A DNA stretch of 64,000 nucleotides from Longimicrobiales bacterium (lineage in GTDB: Bacteria; Gemmatimonadota; Gemmatimonadetes; Longimicrobiales; Gaopeijiaceae): positions 4,064,001 through 4,128,000 of the forward strand of contig OZ242008.1 of the NCBI GenBank assembly GCA_965204735.1, in the 5' to 3' direction. The notes below the pieces were generated by a model, which did not search any database, was not told the DNA's origin, and worked only from the letters and a program-made list of their open reading frames with translations. Positions 10,515-21,072 of this stretch are shown piece after piece (position 1 is the first letter of the stretch; the number at the start of each line of letters is the position of its first letter). Both the position numbers and the translations under genes were made by a program.

Positions 10515-10549
10515 GTTGAATATCGTGATGCAGACTCATGATATTCAAC
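10515..10549. promoter_or_regulatory. AT-rich imperfect palindrome (operator-like or hairpin) upstream of the AAA-DUF4143 gene
   Basis: GTTGAATATCgTGA-N7-TCAtGATATTCAAC. Confidence 0.45.
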
Positions 10550-10659
10550 GATATTGAAGCCGCGACACAGTGTCCAGGAGCCCCGACCAGCTTCCGCTCA
10601 GCGATCGAGGGCGAGAGGCGGACCAAGGCGTCTGGTCCTGATCAGCTTCTGGCAGGGTC

Positions 10660-11391
10660 CTACTTCTCGAGCCTCTCCATTGCTTCCCGGGCCTGGACGT
10701 TGCCGGCGGCGGCGGCGCGCATGTACCAGGTCGCCGCGGCTTCGAGGTCGCGGACCACTCCCCGGCCCGCCTCGAAGGCTTGGCCGAGGCGGAGCTGGGT
10801 GATCGCGTCGCCCTCCACGGCCGCCTGGGTCCACCACTTCACGGCCAGCGACGGGTCCTGCGCCACGCCCCGGCCCTCCCAGTAGGCGTTGCCCAGGTTG
10901 TGGGCGCCGAGGACGTGACCCTTCTCCGCTGCGCGCCGGTGCCAGAGGGCGGCGCGGGCCGGGTCTTCCGTCCTGCCCAGCCCTTCGTCGTAGGCCGTGC
11001 CCATGAGGAAGACCGCCTCGAGCACGCCCGATTCGGCGGCGCGCCGGACGGCGCGGATCACCGTGCTGGCCAAGCGCCGAGCCTCTTCCTCGTCGCGCTC
11101 GAACCCCATGCGGCCCCGCGAGCGAACCCGCGCCAGCCACATGACCGAGATCGGGTCGGCGTCCTCGACGGCTCGCTCCAAGAGCCGGCGCGCCCTGGAA
11201 TCGTCCACCCGCCCGGCGACGCCCGTGTACCAGTCGACAGCTTCGAGCAGCGCCGGGTCGGGCTCGGCAGGCATCGCGACGCACGTTGCCACGGCGACTC
11301 CCGCGACGCAGCTCCAGCCAAGGGAGCCGCGCCCGCGCCGAGCCCGGCCGGCCGCGGCGAAGTCTCTCGTCTTCCCCCGCCCCCTCGTCAC
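10660..11391 (-). CDS. Sel1-like repeat (TPR) protein
   Basis: Repeated A..G...A...LG..Y..G.G...D...A..W motifs. GTG start overlaps the upstream stop. Confidence 0.8.
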   Translation of the reverse strand: MTRGRGKTRDFAAAGRARRGRGSLGWSCVAGVAVATCVAMPAEPDPALLEAVDWYTGVAGRVDDSRARRLLERAVEDADPISVMWLARVRSRGRMGFERDEEEARRLASTVIRAVRRAAESGVLEAVFLMGTAYDEGLGRTEDPARAALWHRRAAEKGHVLGAHNLGNAYWEGRGVAQDPSLAVKWWTQAAVEGDAITQLRLGQAFEAGRGVVRDLEAAATWYMRAAAAGNVQAREAMERLEK

Positions 11392-12230
11392 GCCAGGTCG
11401 TCGCCGGAGAGCCCCAGACGCTGAAGCACCTCCGGCGGCGGTCCTTCGAAGCTGGGCAGCGGGACGTTGCCCACGTAGCCCAGGTCGGCCATGCCTTCTT
11501 CGGTGGTCCAGAAGCCCGTGGCGGTCATGTCCCGAAAGAGGTCGAAGAAGCGGGCCTGGACCTTCAGGTCGTCGGGGGCCGCAGCCTCGTAGGCGATCTC
11601 GTCGCAGATCGCCCGGCGCTGGGCGTCGTCGAGTTCCGGGAAGCCGACGGCCCCGAAGCGCTCTCGCGCCGCCCGGTTCAGCCAAGCCAACCCGGCCCGC
11701 ACCAGCAGCAGGTGCTCCTCGTGTCCTGGAGCCGAAACGAACTCGTTCACGTAGGCGGGGACGCCGACGTCGGCGGCGGAAGGGGAGCGTTCGTCCGCCG
11801 GGATGATCACGTCGGCCAGCACTGCCGCCAAGCGCATCTCCTCGTCGGTCAGCGCCATCTCCCAGGGCACGACCGGGGCCAAGAGGTCGGGATCGGCGGG
11901 AGTGCCCGCCGCCAACGGGTTGCTCGGCGGCAGCGGATCGAACCCGGACAACGCCTCGTGAGCCGACCGGGCCGAGTCGTCCGAAGCGCATGAAGGGGCC
12001 GCGCCCAACGCCGCCGCCGACGCGATCACCTTCAACGCGGTCCGGCGCGAAACGGCCTCGGCGCGGGGGGTCGCGTCCGGGCGCGAAACGGTCTCGGCGC
12101 TCGGGACCGCATCCACGCGTGAAGCCGTCTCCAGCGGCGGGGTCGCGTCCGGGCGCGGAGCCGTCTCCAGAGGCGGGACCACCTCCGTGCGTGAAGCCGT
12201 CTCCAGCGGCGGGGCCGCCTCCGGGCTCAT
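11388..12230 (-). CDS. Gluconate 2-dehydrogenase subunit 3 family protein, Tat-type leader preceded by tandem repeats
   Basis: LADVIIP, SAADVGVP, FFDLFRDMTATGFWTT, DLGYVGN, SRRTALK. Translationally coupled to the GMC gene. Confidence 0.8.
   Translation of the reverse strand: MSPEAAPPLETASRTEVVPPLETAPRPDATPPLETASRVDAVPSAETVSRPDATPRAEAVSRRTALKVIASAAALGAAPSCASDDSARSAHEALSGFDPLPPSNPLAAGTPADPDLLAPVVPWEMALTDEEMRLAAVLADVIIPADERSPSAADVGVPAYVNEFVSAPGHEEHLLLVRAGLAWLNRAARERFGAVGFPELDDAQRRAICDEIAYEAAAPDDLKVQARFFDLFRDMTATGFWTTEEGMADLGYVGNVPLPSFEGPPPEVLQRLGLSGDDLA
12035..12215 (-). repeat. ~5 x 36-bp coding tandem repeat (PPLETASRTEVV-like)
   Basis: PPLETASRTEVV / PPLETAPRPDAT / PPLETASRVDAV / PSAETVSRPDAT / PRAEAVSRR. 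Confidence 0.8.
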
Positions 12231-14008
12231 CCGATGCTCCGCCGGGTCAGCTCTTCCACGATGTAGTCGGCGGCGCGCCAAGCGAGCGCCATGATCGAGA
12301 GGGTCGGGTTCTTGTCGGCGTTGGAGACGAAGCAGCCGCCGTCGGTCACGAAGAGGTTGGGCACGTCCCACGACTGGCAGTACTGGTTCAGAGGCGAGTT
12401 CCGGGGAGCGTCGCCCATCCGCGCCCCGCCGACCTCGTGGATGATCTGTCCTCCCTTGGCGATCGCCCTGCGCCCGTCGGCCTGCACCTCGCCCAGGACG
12501 GTCCCGCCCATCTCGTCCACGATCTCGGCGATCGTCTGGTGCATGTGGACGGCTTGCCGCAGCTCGTGGTCCGACCACTTCCAGTGGAAGCGCAGCACCG
12601 GAATGCCGTAGCGGTCCACGCGGTCGGGGTCGATCTCGCACCAGCAATCCTCGTTGGGGATCATCTCCCCTCGTCCGTCGAAGAAGAGGAAGCTCCCGTA
12701 GTAGCGTCGGCAATCCTCCTTGAAGCGTCGGCCGTAGCTCCCGCCGGTCAGGGGCTCGACGCCGGAGAAGGCTCCGAAGCCGGGCATCCGCCGCCCGCCG
12801 CCGAACTCGACGTGGTACCCACGGGGGAAGTCCAGCCGGCCCGCCAGCTGCTCGCCGTAGAGCCACCAGGGCATGTACATGTGCATCGCCGACGCGCCGT
12901 CTTCGTTGTGAGGAGGCAGTCCCTCCAGCGCCGGGACGTGAGCCTGGAGACCCGCGCCCACCGTGTCCATCACGTACTTGCCCACCAGCCCCGAGGAGTT
13001 GGCGAGCCCGTCGGGGAAGAGCCCGCTGGACGAGTTGAGGAGGATGCGGGCCGACTCGCAGGCGCTCGCCGCCAGCACCACGACCCGCGCCCCGACGAAC
13101 TCGTCGGTCAGGGTGGCCTTCTCCACGTAGTGCACGCCGGTGGCCCGGCCCCGACCGTCCACCGCCACTTTCCGCACCATGGCGCCGGTGCGCACCTCCA
13201 GGTTGCCCGTGGCCAGGGCGGGAGGCAGCAGCACCGTGGTGGACTGGAAGTTGGCGCGGATCGAGCAGCCCCGCCCGCACGGGGTCGCCCAGTAGCAGGC
13301 GGCCCGGCCCCGCATCGAGTCGGCCACGACCCTCCGCGCCAGCGCGTTGTCGGGAAAGAGCTCGGCCGGCAGCGCGTCGGCGTCCTGGGTGCGAGTCAGG
13401 ATCGCCAAGTGGGCGGGGACGACCGGGATCCCCAGCCGACGGCAGGCCTTGCGCGTCAGGAGCTCGTAGGCGCGGGGCTTCGGCGGCGGCTGGAGGACGC
13501 CGGGAGAAGAGTCGGGCGTGTTCTCCAGTCCTTCGTTGGAGCCGTAGACGCCGATCAACGCCTCGGTTCTGTCGTAGTACGGCGCCAAGTCCTCGTAGGA
13601 GATGGGCCAGTCGAAGCCGAGTCCGTCGCGGCTCCGCGGCTTGAAGTCGTACTCGCCCATGCGAAGGGAGATGCGGCCCCAGTGGTTGGTCCGCCCCCCG
13701 AGCATCCGCGAGCGCCACCACATGAACTCGGAGCCGTCGGCCACCGAGTAGGGCTCGCCGGGGACCTGCCAGCCCCCGTCCACCGTGGCGTCGTAGAACC
13801 CGAAGGGCTTCTCCGGCGTGCCGGCGCCGCGCAACGGAGCGTCCTTCGGAAGCTGGAACATGGGGGTCTCCCGAAGGGGGTCGTAATGACGGCCCGCCTC
13901 CAGCATGACGACCCGCAGACCGGAGGCAGCAAGAACGAACGCGGCCATTCCGCCGCCGGCGCCCGACCCGACGACGACGGCGTCGTAGCGTTCCTGCCGC
14001 CGCCTCAC
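12227..14008 (-). CDS. GMC family FAD oxidoreductase
   Basis: VVVGSGAGG FAD motif, GGRTNHWG, HEVGGARMG, NLFVTDGG, NPTLSIMALA. Confidence 0.9.
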   Translation of the reverse strand: MRRRQERYDAVVVGSGAGGGMAAFVLAASGLRVVMLEAGRHYDPLRETPMFQLPKDAPLRGAGTPEKPFGFYDATVDGGWQVPGEPYSVADGSEFMWWRSRMLGGRTNHWGRISLRMGEYDFKPRSRDGLGFDWPISYEDLAPYYDRTEALIGVYGSNEGLENTPDSSPGVLQPPPKPRAYELLTRKACRRLGIPVVPAHLAILTRTQDADALPAELFPDNALARRVVADSMRGRAACYWATPCGRGCSIRANFQSTTVLLPPALATGNLEVRTGAMVRKVAVDGRGRATGVHYVEKATLTDEFVGARVVVLAASACESARILLNSSSGLFPDGLANSSGLVGKYVMDTVGAGLQAHVPALEGLPPHNEDGASAMHMYMPWWLYGEQLAGRLDFPRGYHVEFGGGRRMPGFGAFSGVEPLTGGSYGRRFKEDCRRYYGSFLFFDGRGEMIPNEDCWCEIDPDRVDRYGIPVLRFHWKWSDHELRQAVHMHQTIAEIVDEMGGTVLGEVQADGRRAIAKGGQIIHEVGGARMGDAPRNSPLNQYCQSWDVPNLFVTDGGCFVSNADKNPTLSIMALAWRAADYIVEELTRRSIG

Positions 14009-14014
14009 GCGCTT

Positions 14015-14926
14015 CTAGCCGCCCCCGTCGTCGCCCGGCGGGGCAGGCGCCACCCGGTCGGCCCGGTAGGTGGGCACCTCGAAGACGTATGGGCTGGTGG
14101 GAGCGGCGGCCCGGAAGGCGCCCTCGTGCTCCATCAGGAAGAGAGACGCCACCTCGGCGCCGTCCGCGTCCACGGCCCGCACGCTGCGGTCGGCGCTCCC
14201 GTCGCCCGGCGGCTCCGCGTCTTCCGGCGCGAACCCCGTCGCCCGCAGGCCCGACAGCTCCTGCAGGATGTTGCGCACGGTGGTGGCGTCGGCCTCGTCG
14301 CCGCCCACCGTCCAGGTCGAGTCCTGGCCTTGGCGCTCGTACAGCGTCTCGACGCCGTCCCTGGTCACCCGGATGCCGACGACGACGGCGGTGTCGGCCC
14401 GGATCACGATCTTGTTCCGCCAATCCAGCAGGGAGCGCGTCGCCGCGGAGCGCAAGTCGCCGCGGATCAGGCTCGCCACGTCCTCGCCGGGGAGCCGCGC
14501 GTAGAAGGTGCGAAAGCGGGTGCCGGCCTTCCCCAGCAGCACCCGGAAGTCGTCGCCCACCTGGAGCGTCCAGGCGCTGTCCGCCTCCAGCCCCAGCCGC
14601 CGATGAGTCGCCGGGTTGGCGGCTGCCACCGAAGCGACTTCCACCTCGTCCAGCGCCCGCATCAGCCGCTCGACCGCTCCCGAGTCGGCCTCGAAGCCGT
14701 TGACCGTCCACTCGGTCCCTTCCCGGACGAGGCGGATCGTGTCCTGGGGACCGGCGACCTCCACGTCCGACACCAGCACCGGGTCGATCCCATCCAGTGC
14801 CGCCGCCAGGCCCGGGTCGCCGCCGGACGCGCCGCCGCCCCTGCCGCCCAGCACGACGGACAGCCCGTAGAGGACCGCCACCGACGCCAGGAAGTACAGA
14901 GACATCCTCAAGGTCTTCTCGCTCAC
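14015..14926 (-). CDS. DUF4340 domain protein (Gld-type ABC transporter-associated)
   Basis: N-terminal TM helix, DWRNK motif, typical position downstream of GldG. Confidence 0.65.
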   Translation of the reverse strand: MSEKTLRMSLYFLASVAVLYGLSVVLGGRGGGASGGDPGLAAALDGIDPVLVSDVEVAGPQDTIRLVREGTEWTVNGFEADSGAVERLMRALDEVEVASVAAANPATHRRLGLEADSAWTLQVGDDFRVLLGKAGTRFRTFYARLPGEDVASLIRGDLRSAATRSLLDWRNKIVIRADTAVVVGIRVTRDGVETLYERQGQDSTWTVGGDEADATTVRNILQELSGLRATGFAPEDAEPPGDGSADRSVRAVDADGAEVASLFLMEHEGAFRAAAPTSPYVFEVPTYRADRVAPAPPGDDGGG

Positions 14927-17211
14927 GACTCGCCTCCTTCCCGCCACCGACGCTCCGCCCGCGCGCCTCGTCCGGTCACGCGAACGAAGCCGAAGACGAC
15001 GAATGCAAGGGGCACGCCCAGGAGCGAGCCCCACTTCAGGACGCCTTGGCCCAGCTCGGATTGGAAGACCAGGGCCGGAGGCTGCCGGTTCTTGGACCGG
15101 ATCCCGATCAGGGCCTCGTCCTGAGCCAGCCAGTCCACCGCGTTGGCGGCGAAGGCCAAGTTCTGGGGGCTCGACTGGGCAAAGTGGTCCTCCATGAACT
15201 GAGCGTCGCCCACGGCCACGATCCGTCCACCGGGCCTGGGGGCGTCTTCCCCCTCGTCGCCGCCTTCGCCCTCGGCGTCCGCGTTCTCTTCTTCGGCCAA
15301 GCCCGGGTCCACGGCCACCGCCAGGACCTGCACGCCCAGCTCCTCCTCCGTGAAGGGTATCTGAACGCTGGGGTCGATCATCCCTCCGCCAGGGCGCGCT
15401 CCTCCCGCCTCGGTCGTCGTCCACAGGGCGGCGATCGTCGGGTCGTCCTCCTCCCACCGGAAGGGGGCGGCCCACCCCAGCGTCAGGTTCTCAAGGTTTC
15501 GGTTGGTGGCGTGGGGCTCGCCGCGGAACGAGATCGGCCAGAGAGGATATGGCCGGATCACGCTGAACGGTCCCTGCCGTCCCACGGACACGGACTGGGC
15601 CGAGCGCAGGTCGAAGACCATCTGCGACGTGAGCTCGACTCCCCGCGCCGACAGGAGGTCCTCCATGCCCGTCGTCACCGGCACGGCCATCGGACCCTGC
15701 TGCGGGTCGATCGCGTGGCGGTCCAGGAGCATGAACGCCGCTCCCCCCGCGTCCAGGTACTCGCCCACTGCCGCCCCCGCCTCGTCGGAGACCGGCTCGC
15801 TCGGCGCCGCCACCACCAGCACGTCGATCGTGTCCGGCCGCAGGACTCCAGCCGAGTCGTTCTCCACGTCGATCGACGTGACGTGGTACCGGTCCGCGAC
15901 GGCTTGGCGGAACGATCGGAAGTGGAACGACTCCTTGGCGCCGAAGCCCGACATGAACGCCACCGTCGGCGTCCGCTCCGTGGTCATCGCCGCAACCGCC
16001 GACACGAGACGGAACTCCAGGTCGTCGGCCCGGTCCACGACGGGGATCACCTCCTGCTCGTCGGCGTAGGTTACCGCCAGCCCGAAGTACCCCCGCTTGA
16101 CCTGCAGCTCGTCGTCTCGAATGACGTTGAACTCGATCGGCACGATCCCCAGCGACGTGGCTTCCTCGCCTGCCGCCTCGTCGTCGTCGGGGTTGATCTC
16201 CTCGGCAGCCAGCATCCCGTTGGACGCGTTGTCCAGGTCCGCCACCAAGTCCCGCACGTCTCGCAGGATGAGCTGGATCTCCGGCGGCAGGTCGTTGCTG
16301 ACGAAGAGCTTGAGGTTCACCACGTCGTCCAGGGAGCCCATGATCTGCCGGCTGCCGTCGGAGAGGGTGAAGAGGTTGTCTCGGGTCAGGTCCAGCCGGC
16401 CGCGGACGTGGCTCCCCAGAAGGTTCAGGATCAGCACGGCCGCCGTGATCGCCGCCGTGCCCAGCCGCAGCCGCCGGAAGGCGTCGCCCTTGCGGCTCAG
16501 CCGCTCCCGGCCCAGGGCCGCCAAGGCCAGGAGAAGGAAGAGGCCGCAGGTGGAGGCGAAGTAGAGCAGGTCCCGCAGGTCCACCACGCCCCGGGCCACG
16601 TTCTCGAAGTGGCTGATCACCGACAGCTGAACTGCCCACCCGCCGATCAGTCGCGGCAGGCCGATCTGGACGATGGGCGTGCCGATGAGCACCAGCACGA
16701 AGCAGGTGAACGCCCCGAAGATGAAGGCGGTGATCTGGTTGCGGGTCATCGACGACGCCCATATCCCCACGGCGGTCATCTGGGCCGCCAGCAGCAGGGC
16801 GCCGGCGTACTGGGCCGCCATGATCCCGGGGTCGGCCTCGGAGGCCAGGAGAACCCCAATCGCCATGGGAAGGGTCCCGGCCAGGGTGATCGCCACGAAA
16901 GCCAAGTTGCCCAGGAACTTGCCCAGGACGATCTCGACCTCGGTCAGGGGCTGGGCGACCAGCCACTCCAGCGTGCGGCTGCGGCGCTCCTCCGCCAGGC
17001 TCTTCATCGCCACGGCGGGCACGAACACCACGTACAGCCACGGCAGGAGGTCGAAGAAGGGCCGAAGGGTGGCCGCGCTCATGGCGAAGAGCGACCGGAA
17101 CGAGATGTAGAGGCCGAGACCCAGGAAGGCGACGGCCAGGACGTAGGCGGTCGGCTGGTCGAAGAAGCTCCGCACCTCCCGCCGAGCCACGAGAAGGGTC
17201 TGCTTGATCAC
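14923..17211 (-). CDS. Fused ABC permease (GldF-like) plus GldG-like auxiliary domain
   Basis: AEERRSRTLEWL and RNQITA in the permease half; RLDLTRDNLFTLS and NAVDWL in the GldG half. Confidence 0.8.
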   Translation of the reverse strand: MIKQTLLVARREVRSFFDQPTAYVLAVAFLGLGLYISFRSLFAMSAATLRPFFDLLPWLYVVFVPAVAMKSLAEERRSRTLEWLVAQPLTEVEIVLGKFLGNLAFVAITLAGTLPMAIGVLLASEADPGIMAAQYAGALLLAAQMTAVGIWASSMTRNQITAFIFGAFTCFVLVLIGTPIVQIGLPRLIGGWAVQLSVISHFENVARGVVDLRDLLYFASTCGLFLLLALAALGRERLSRKGDAFRRLRLGTAAITAAVLILNLLGSHVRGRLDLTRDNLFTLSDGSRQIMGSLDDVVNLKLFVSNDLPPEIQLILRDVRDLVADLDNASNGMLAAEEINPDDDEAAGEEATSLGIVPIEFNVIRDDELQVKRGYFGLAVTYADEQEVIPVVDRADDLEFRLVSAVAAMTTERTPTVAFMSGFGAKESFHFRSFRQAVADRYHVTSIDVENDSAGVLRPDTIDVLVVAAPSEPVSDEAGAAVGEYLDAGGAAFMLLDRHAIDPQQGPMAVPVTTGMEDLLSARGVELTSQMVFDLRSAQSVSVGRQGPFSVIRPYPLWPISFRGEPHATNRNLENLTLGWAAPFRWEEDDPTIAALWTTTEAGGARPGGGMIDPSVQIPFTEEELGVQVLAVAVDPGLAEEENADAEGEGGDEGEDAPRPGGRIVAVGDAQFMEDHFAQSSPQNLAFAANAVDWLAQDEALIGIRSKNRQPPALVFQSELGQGVLKWGSLLGVPLAFVVFGFVRVTGRGARAERRWREGGES

Positions 17212-18281
17212 GATCCGCCCTCCTCTCGGCTGCCGGCCGAGGCCGTCGAGTGCGTGGAGGCGCCCGAGCCGGCCGAGGCCGCCGTCGCGGGAGCCGCCGT
17301 CGAGCCCGACTCCGCTGGGGCCCCGGACGTGGCGGGAGCGCCCGAAGTCGCGGGAGCCTGCGGAGCCGTGGTCAGGTCGCGGAAGAGCTGCTCCAGGTTG
17401 GCCTTCTCGCGGCGCAGCTCCCAGAGCACCCACCCTCTGGCCGACGCCAGCTTGAAGATCTCGGGGCGAAGCTCGCGGTCGGCGGGGGCTTCCAGGCGCA
17501 CTCGCAGCCGACCGTTCACGGCCTCGGCGGAGTGGCCCGCAACCCCCGGCAGTCCCCGCAGTCCCTCCGCCACGCCGTCGCCCTCGGCCTCCACCACGTA
17601 GCGCGCGCCGCCCTTGCCCGCGTCCAGGAGCTCGGCCACGGTTCCGTCGGCGGCGATTGCGCCGTTGGCGATCACCAGAAGGCGGTCGCAGGTGGCTTCC
17701 ACCTCCTGCATGACGTGAGTGCTGAGGATGACGGTGCGCTCGCTGCCCAGCGAACTCACCAGCTTCCGGATCTCGACGCGCTGGTTGGGGTCGAGCCCCT
17801 CGGTCGGCTCGTCCAGGACCAGGATCTCGGGCTGGTGGAGGATCGCCCCCGCCATGCCGGTCCGCTGTCGGTAGCCCTTCGAGAGCTCGCTGACGGGCCG
17901 GAAGAACACGTCCTCCAGTCCCGTTTCCTCCACCGCGGCGCCGATCCCCGCCCGGGACCCGGCCTCGTCCATGCCCCGGAGGCGCGCCACGAACTCCAGG
18001 AACTCGCAGACGAGCATCTCGTCGTAGAGCGGGTTCGCCTCGGGGAGGTACCCGATCCGGGCCTTCGCCGCGATCAGGTCGTCCGAGATCGGTTCGCCGT
18101 CGAAGCGGATCGTGCCTTCGTCGGGCTGGAGCGTGCCCGTCAGCATCCGCATGGTGGTCGTCTTGCCCGCCCCGTTGGGCCCGAGAAAGCCGACGACCTC
18201 GCCCCGGCTCACCTCGAAGCTGGCCTTGTCGACGGCCACGATCGAGTCGTAGCGCTTGGTCACGCCTTCGACCGAGATCAT
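17208..18281 (-). CDS. ABC transporter ATP-binding protein (GldA-like)
   Basis: GPNGAGKTT, LSKGYRQR, LVLDEPT, STH. Low-complexity APATSG tail. Confidence 0.9.
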   Translation of the reverse strand: MISVEGVTKRYDSIVAVDKASFEVSRGEVVGFLGPNGAGKTTTMRMLTGTLQPDEGTIRFDGEPISDDLIAAKARIGYLPEANPLYDEMLVCEFLEFVARLRGMDEAGSRAGIGAAVEETGLEDVFFRPVSELSKGYRQRTGMAGAILHQPEILVLDEPTEGLDPNQRVEIRKLVSSLGSERTVILSTHVMQEVEATCDRLLVIANGAIAADGTVAELLDAGKGGARYVVEAEGDGVAEGLRGLPGVAGHSAEAVNGRLRVRLEAPADRELRPEIFKLASARGWVLWELRREKANLEQLFRDLTTAPQAPATSGAPATSGAPAESGSTAAPATAASAGSGASTHSTASAGSREEGGS

Positions 18282-18776
18282 ACGTTCCCCTGTTCTCCTT
18301 TCCTGTACCGGCTGTCCCTGTCGTAGGCGCCCCCGAAACGAGGGCGCTCCTGCCAAGACAATGAAACTAATGAACGGAACAAGCTGTCCAGTGGTCAAGC
18401 GGTGTTCCGGGGCCCCACGGACGGAATCCCTGCCCGGCTTCGGCGGCTCGGACGCGGGCGAGCCAGATGGGCGGCGGCGGAGCCCTGGGCCCGAGTCCAC
18501 AAATAGGCGCCGGCAGTCCCGACGGTGAAGTGCTCGTCCAAGATCAGGACCCTGCGCCCTCCAGGACTCGGCTTGCCACCGCCTCCCAGTCGTACGCCCC
18601 AAGTGGCGTCGCGTCCTCTTCGTTCCACCGCGCCTGCCGGTGCCAGTCGGCCCTTGGCCAGAGCCTCGTCACCGTCCGGTCTCGCTCCCCCAGGCTCGCC
18701 TCCATCGCTCCGATGGGGCCCCGAGTAGACACCCAGCACGTTCCATGGTTACCTTGTCGTCCAAGCCTTCCGCTGG

Positions 18777-20828
18777 ATGTCCCTTCTGAACACACTCGCC
18801 GCGATGTCGGCCAAGGAACGACAGCCTGTCGAAACCCTCAATGAGAACCAGCGGAAGGCCGTATCGTGGAACGATGGTCCGCTTCTGGTGCTGGCAGGGC
18901 CGGGCTCCGGCAAGACGCGAGTGCTGACCTGTCGTGTTGCCCGAATACTCGAGGACGATGACGAGTCGTCCGTGCTTGCGCTGACCTTTACAAACAAAGC
19001 CGCGGCGGAAATGCGGAACCGGGTCGAACGGCTTCTCGGTCAGCAGGCAAGTCGTGCTCGTCTGTGCACCTTCCATTCGTTCGCCGCCGACATCCTTCGC
19101 CAGCATGGCAGCCACCTAGGGCTGCGCCCCGACTTCAGCCTGCTCGTTCAGGACGAGGACCGCATAGCCATCCTTGAAGACGTGGCGGCTGACTTGTCCG
19201 GCAACGGCGACCACTTGCCATCGGATCGACGGAACCTCCTCCGTTTCGTCGACCGCCTGTTCGCCGAATCCTACGACGGCGGAGAAATGGCGGCCTCGCT
19301 AGTCCGTTCCCCAACATGGGCGCCCCCACTGTATCGGGGCTACCGCCAAGCTCTCGTTTCCGAAAACCGCCTCGACTTCGGCAGCTTGTTGCACTTTGCC
19401 TGTCGCCTATTGAGGGAGAAGCCGGGGGTTGCCCGCTTGGTGCGGTTGGGCTGGACCCACGTATGCGTCGACGAATTTCAGGACACCAACAAGGCACAGT
19501 ACGACCTTCTTCGGTTGATTGCGCCCCGTAAGATGCACAATCTGTTCGTGGTTGCAGACGACGATCAGGTCATCTACCAGTGGAACGGCGCAAGTCCCGA
19601 ACGACTCGCACATTTGCGGCGCGACTACAGCATGCGTGTCGTTCAGCTCCCGGAGTGCTATCGCTGTCCGCCATCCATCGTCGCAGTCGCCAACCGCCTA
19701 ATCGCCTACAACGTCGAAAGGATGTCGAGCAAGCTGTCCCTGACGGCTTCGGCCAGCATGGAGGACCGCTGCGATGGTGGCATCCGATGTGGGGCGTTCG
19801 AATCACCGGAAGCAGAGGCGGCATTCATTCCAAGAGACATCCGAAGCAGAGGGCTCGCCGCCGCCGAATGTGTCGTGTTGGGGCGTTCTGTAAAGTTGCT
19901 GTCGGACGTCGTCGTTGGTTTGACCAACGAAAGAACCGAAGCCGTCCTGATGCGGCGAAAGGACGATTTCGAGTCGCCTGTGATTCGCGTGTTGGTCGAG
20001 GCGTTGCGCTTGACGAATGCCAGACATGACCGCGAAGTACTGCGGAGACTTTGCGTGGCATGGACGGAGCTGTCCGACCGTGCCCTCGAGTCAGACGCTG
20101 TAGCAGCCGCAGCCGCGCTCTCGGGTGGAGATTTCTTGCGCGCATGGGCGGACGCGGCCTCAGCCTCGGCGACCTTATCCGCCCCTTCCATGGCGATGGT
20201 GGCCCGGATTCGCTCGGAGCTTGTGGATGCTCTGGCGTTTCGTGACATTATCGACTGGTTTCTCGACGAAGGTTGGCGAACTTGGAACGGCAGTGACGGC
20301 CGGGGTGACACGATTGATCAGGAGGCCAATGAGGATCGGGGCGTCGCCGACGAAATGGAAGCGTGGAGGGAGTTGCACGAAGACATGATCCAGGAGTACG
20401 GTGCACGCAAGCTGACTCTGAACGTCTACCTCCAACAGATGGACTTGATGTCCAAGCTGCCCCCTCAGAAACCGGACGCAGTGCGCTGCATGACCGTGCA
20501 TGGCTCGAAGGGACTGGAGTTCAAGCATGTCTACCTGATGGGCATGGCGCAGGAAGTGTTTCCGTCGTTTCAGGCGTTGCGCAACGGATCCCAGAGTCGG
20601 GAAGTGGAGGAGGAGCGCCGGAATTGTTTTGTGGCCATCACTCGCACGGAAGAGACGTTGACCCTTACTCGGTCAAGGATGTACTACGGATACCCGAAGG
20701 AACCATCGCAGTTTCTTGAGGAGATGGGAGTACGCGAACTGCCGCTGGCGGATGTTCGCGGGGGTGACCACAGGCGCCGTTGGTCTCACGAACCGCCGAT
20801 TCCGAGCGACCCGTGCGTCCGCCGATGA
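18777..20828 (+). CDS. UvrD/Rep family SF1 DNA helicase
   Basis: AGPGSGKT, LTFTNKAA, TFHSF, VDEFQD, DDDQVIYQWNGA, MTVHGSKGLEF, EERRNCFVAITR. Confidence 0.9.
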   Translation: MSLLNTLAAMSAKERQPVETLNENQRKAVSWNDGPLLVLAGPGSGKTRVLTCRVARILEDDDESSVLALTFTNKAAAEMRNRVERLLGQQASRARLCTFHSFAADILRQHGSHLGLRPDFSLLVQDEDRIAILEDVAADLSGNGDHLPSDRRNLLRFVDRLFAESYDGGEMAASLVRSPTWAPPLYRGYRQALVSENRLDFGSLLHFACRLLREKPGVARLVRLGWTHVCVDEFQDTNKAQYDLLRLIAPRKMHNLFVVADDDQVIYQWNGASPERLAHLRRDYSMRVVQLPECYRCPPSIVAVANRLIAYNVERMSSKLSLTASASMEDRCDGGIRCGAFESPEAEAAFIPRDIRSRGLAAAECVVLGRSVKLLSDVVVGLTNERTEAVLMRRKDDFESPVIRVLVEALRLTNARHDREVLRRLCVAWTELSDRALESDAVAAAAALSGGDFLRAWADAASASATLSAPSMAMVARIRSELVDALAFRDIIDWFLDEGWRTWNGSDGRGDTIDQEANEDRGVADEMEAWRELHEDMIQEYGARKLTLNVYLQQMDLMSKLPPQKPDAVRCMTVHGSKGLEFKHVYLMGMAQEVFPSFQALRNGSQSREVEEERRNCFVAITRTEETLTLTRSRMYYGYPKEPSQFLEEMGVRELPLADVRGGDHRRRWSHEPPIPSDPCVRR

Positions 20829-21072
20829 CGGCCGGCTTGCCCCGCCTCGTGGGCGGGCTGATCTTACTGGCGAGGGGCTCCGGCCCCGACCGCCGCCCAT
20901 TCCTTCTTCCGCCGGGCTCGGCCCCACCGGGACGGACCCGGCGTTGACCGCTTCGTTACGGGGTCGTCGCCGGAGGGCGCTTCCGGCCCTGCTATCGTGC
21001 GGTGCTCAAGCCATCCATCCCAGGGGGCTCCGGCCCCTTCCGAGACGCAAGCAAAGAGGAGGAACACAGGGA

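Noticed and set aside
18395..18795. Small minus-strand ORFs upstream of uvrD (VLILDEHFTVG resembles a PRTase motif)
   Set aside because: Too short and fragmentary to assign.
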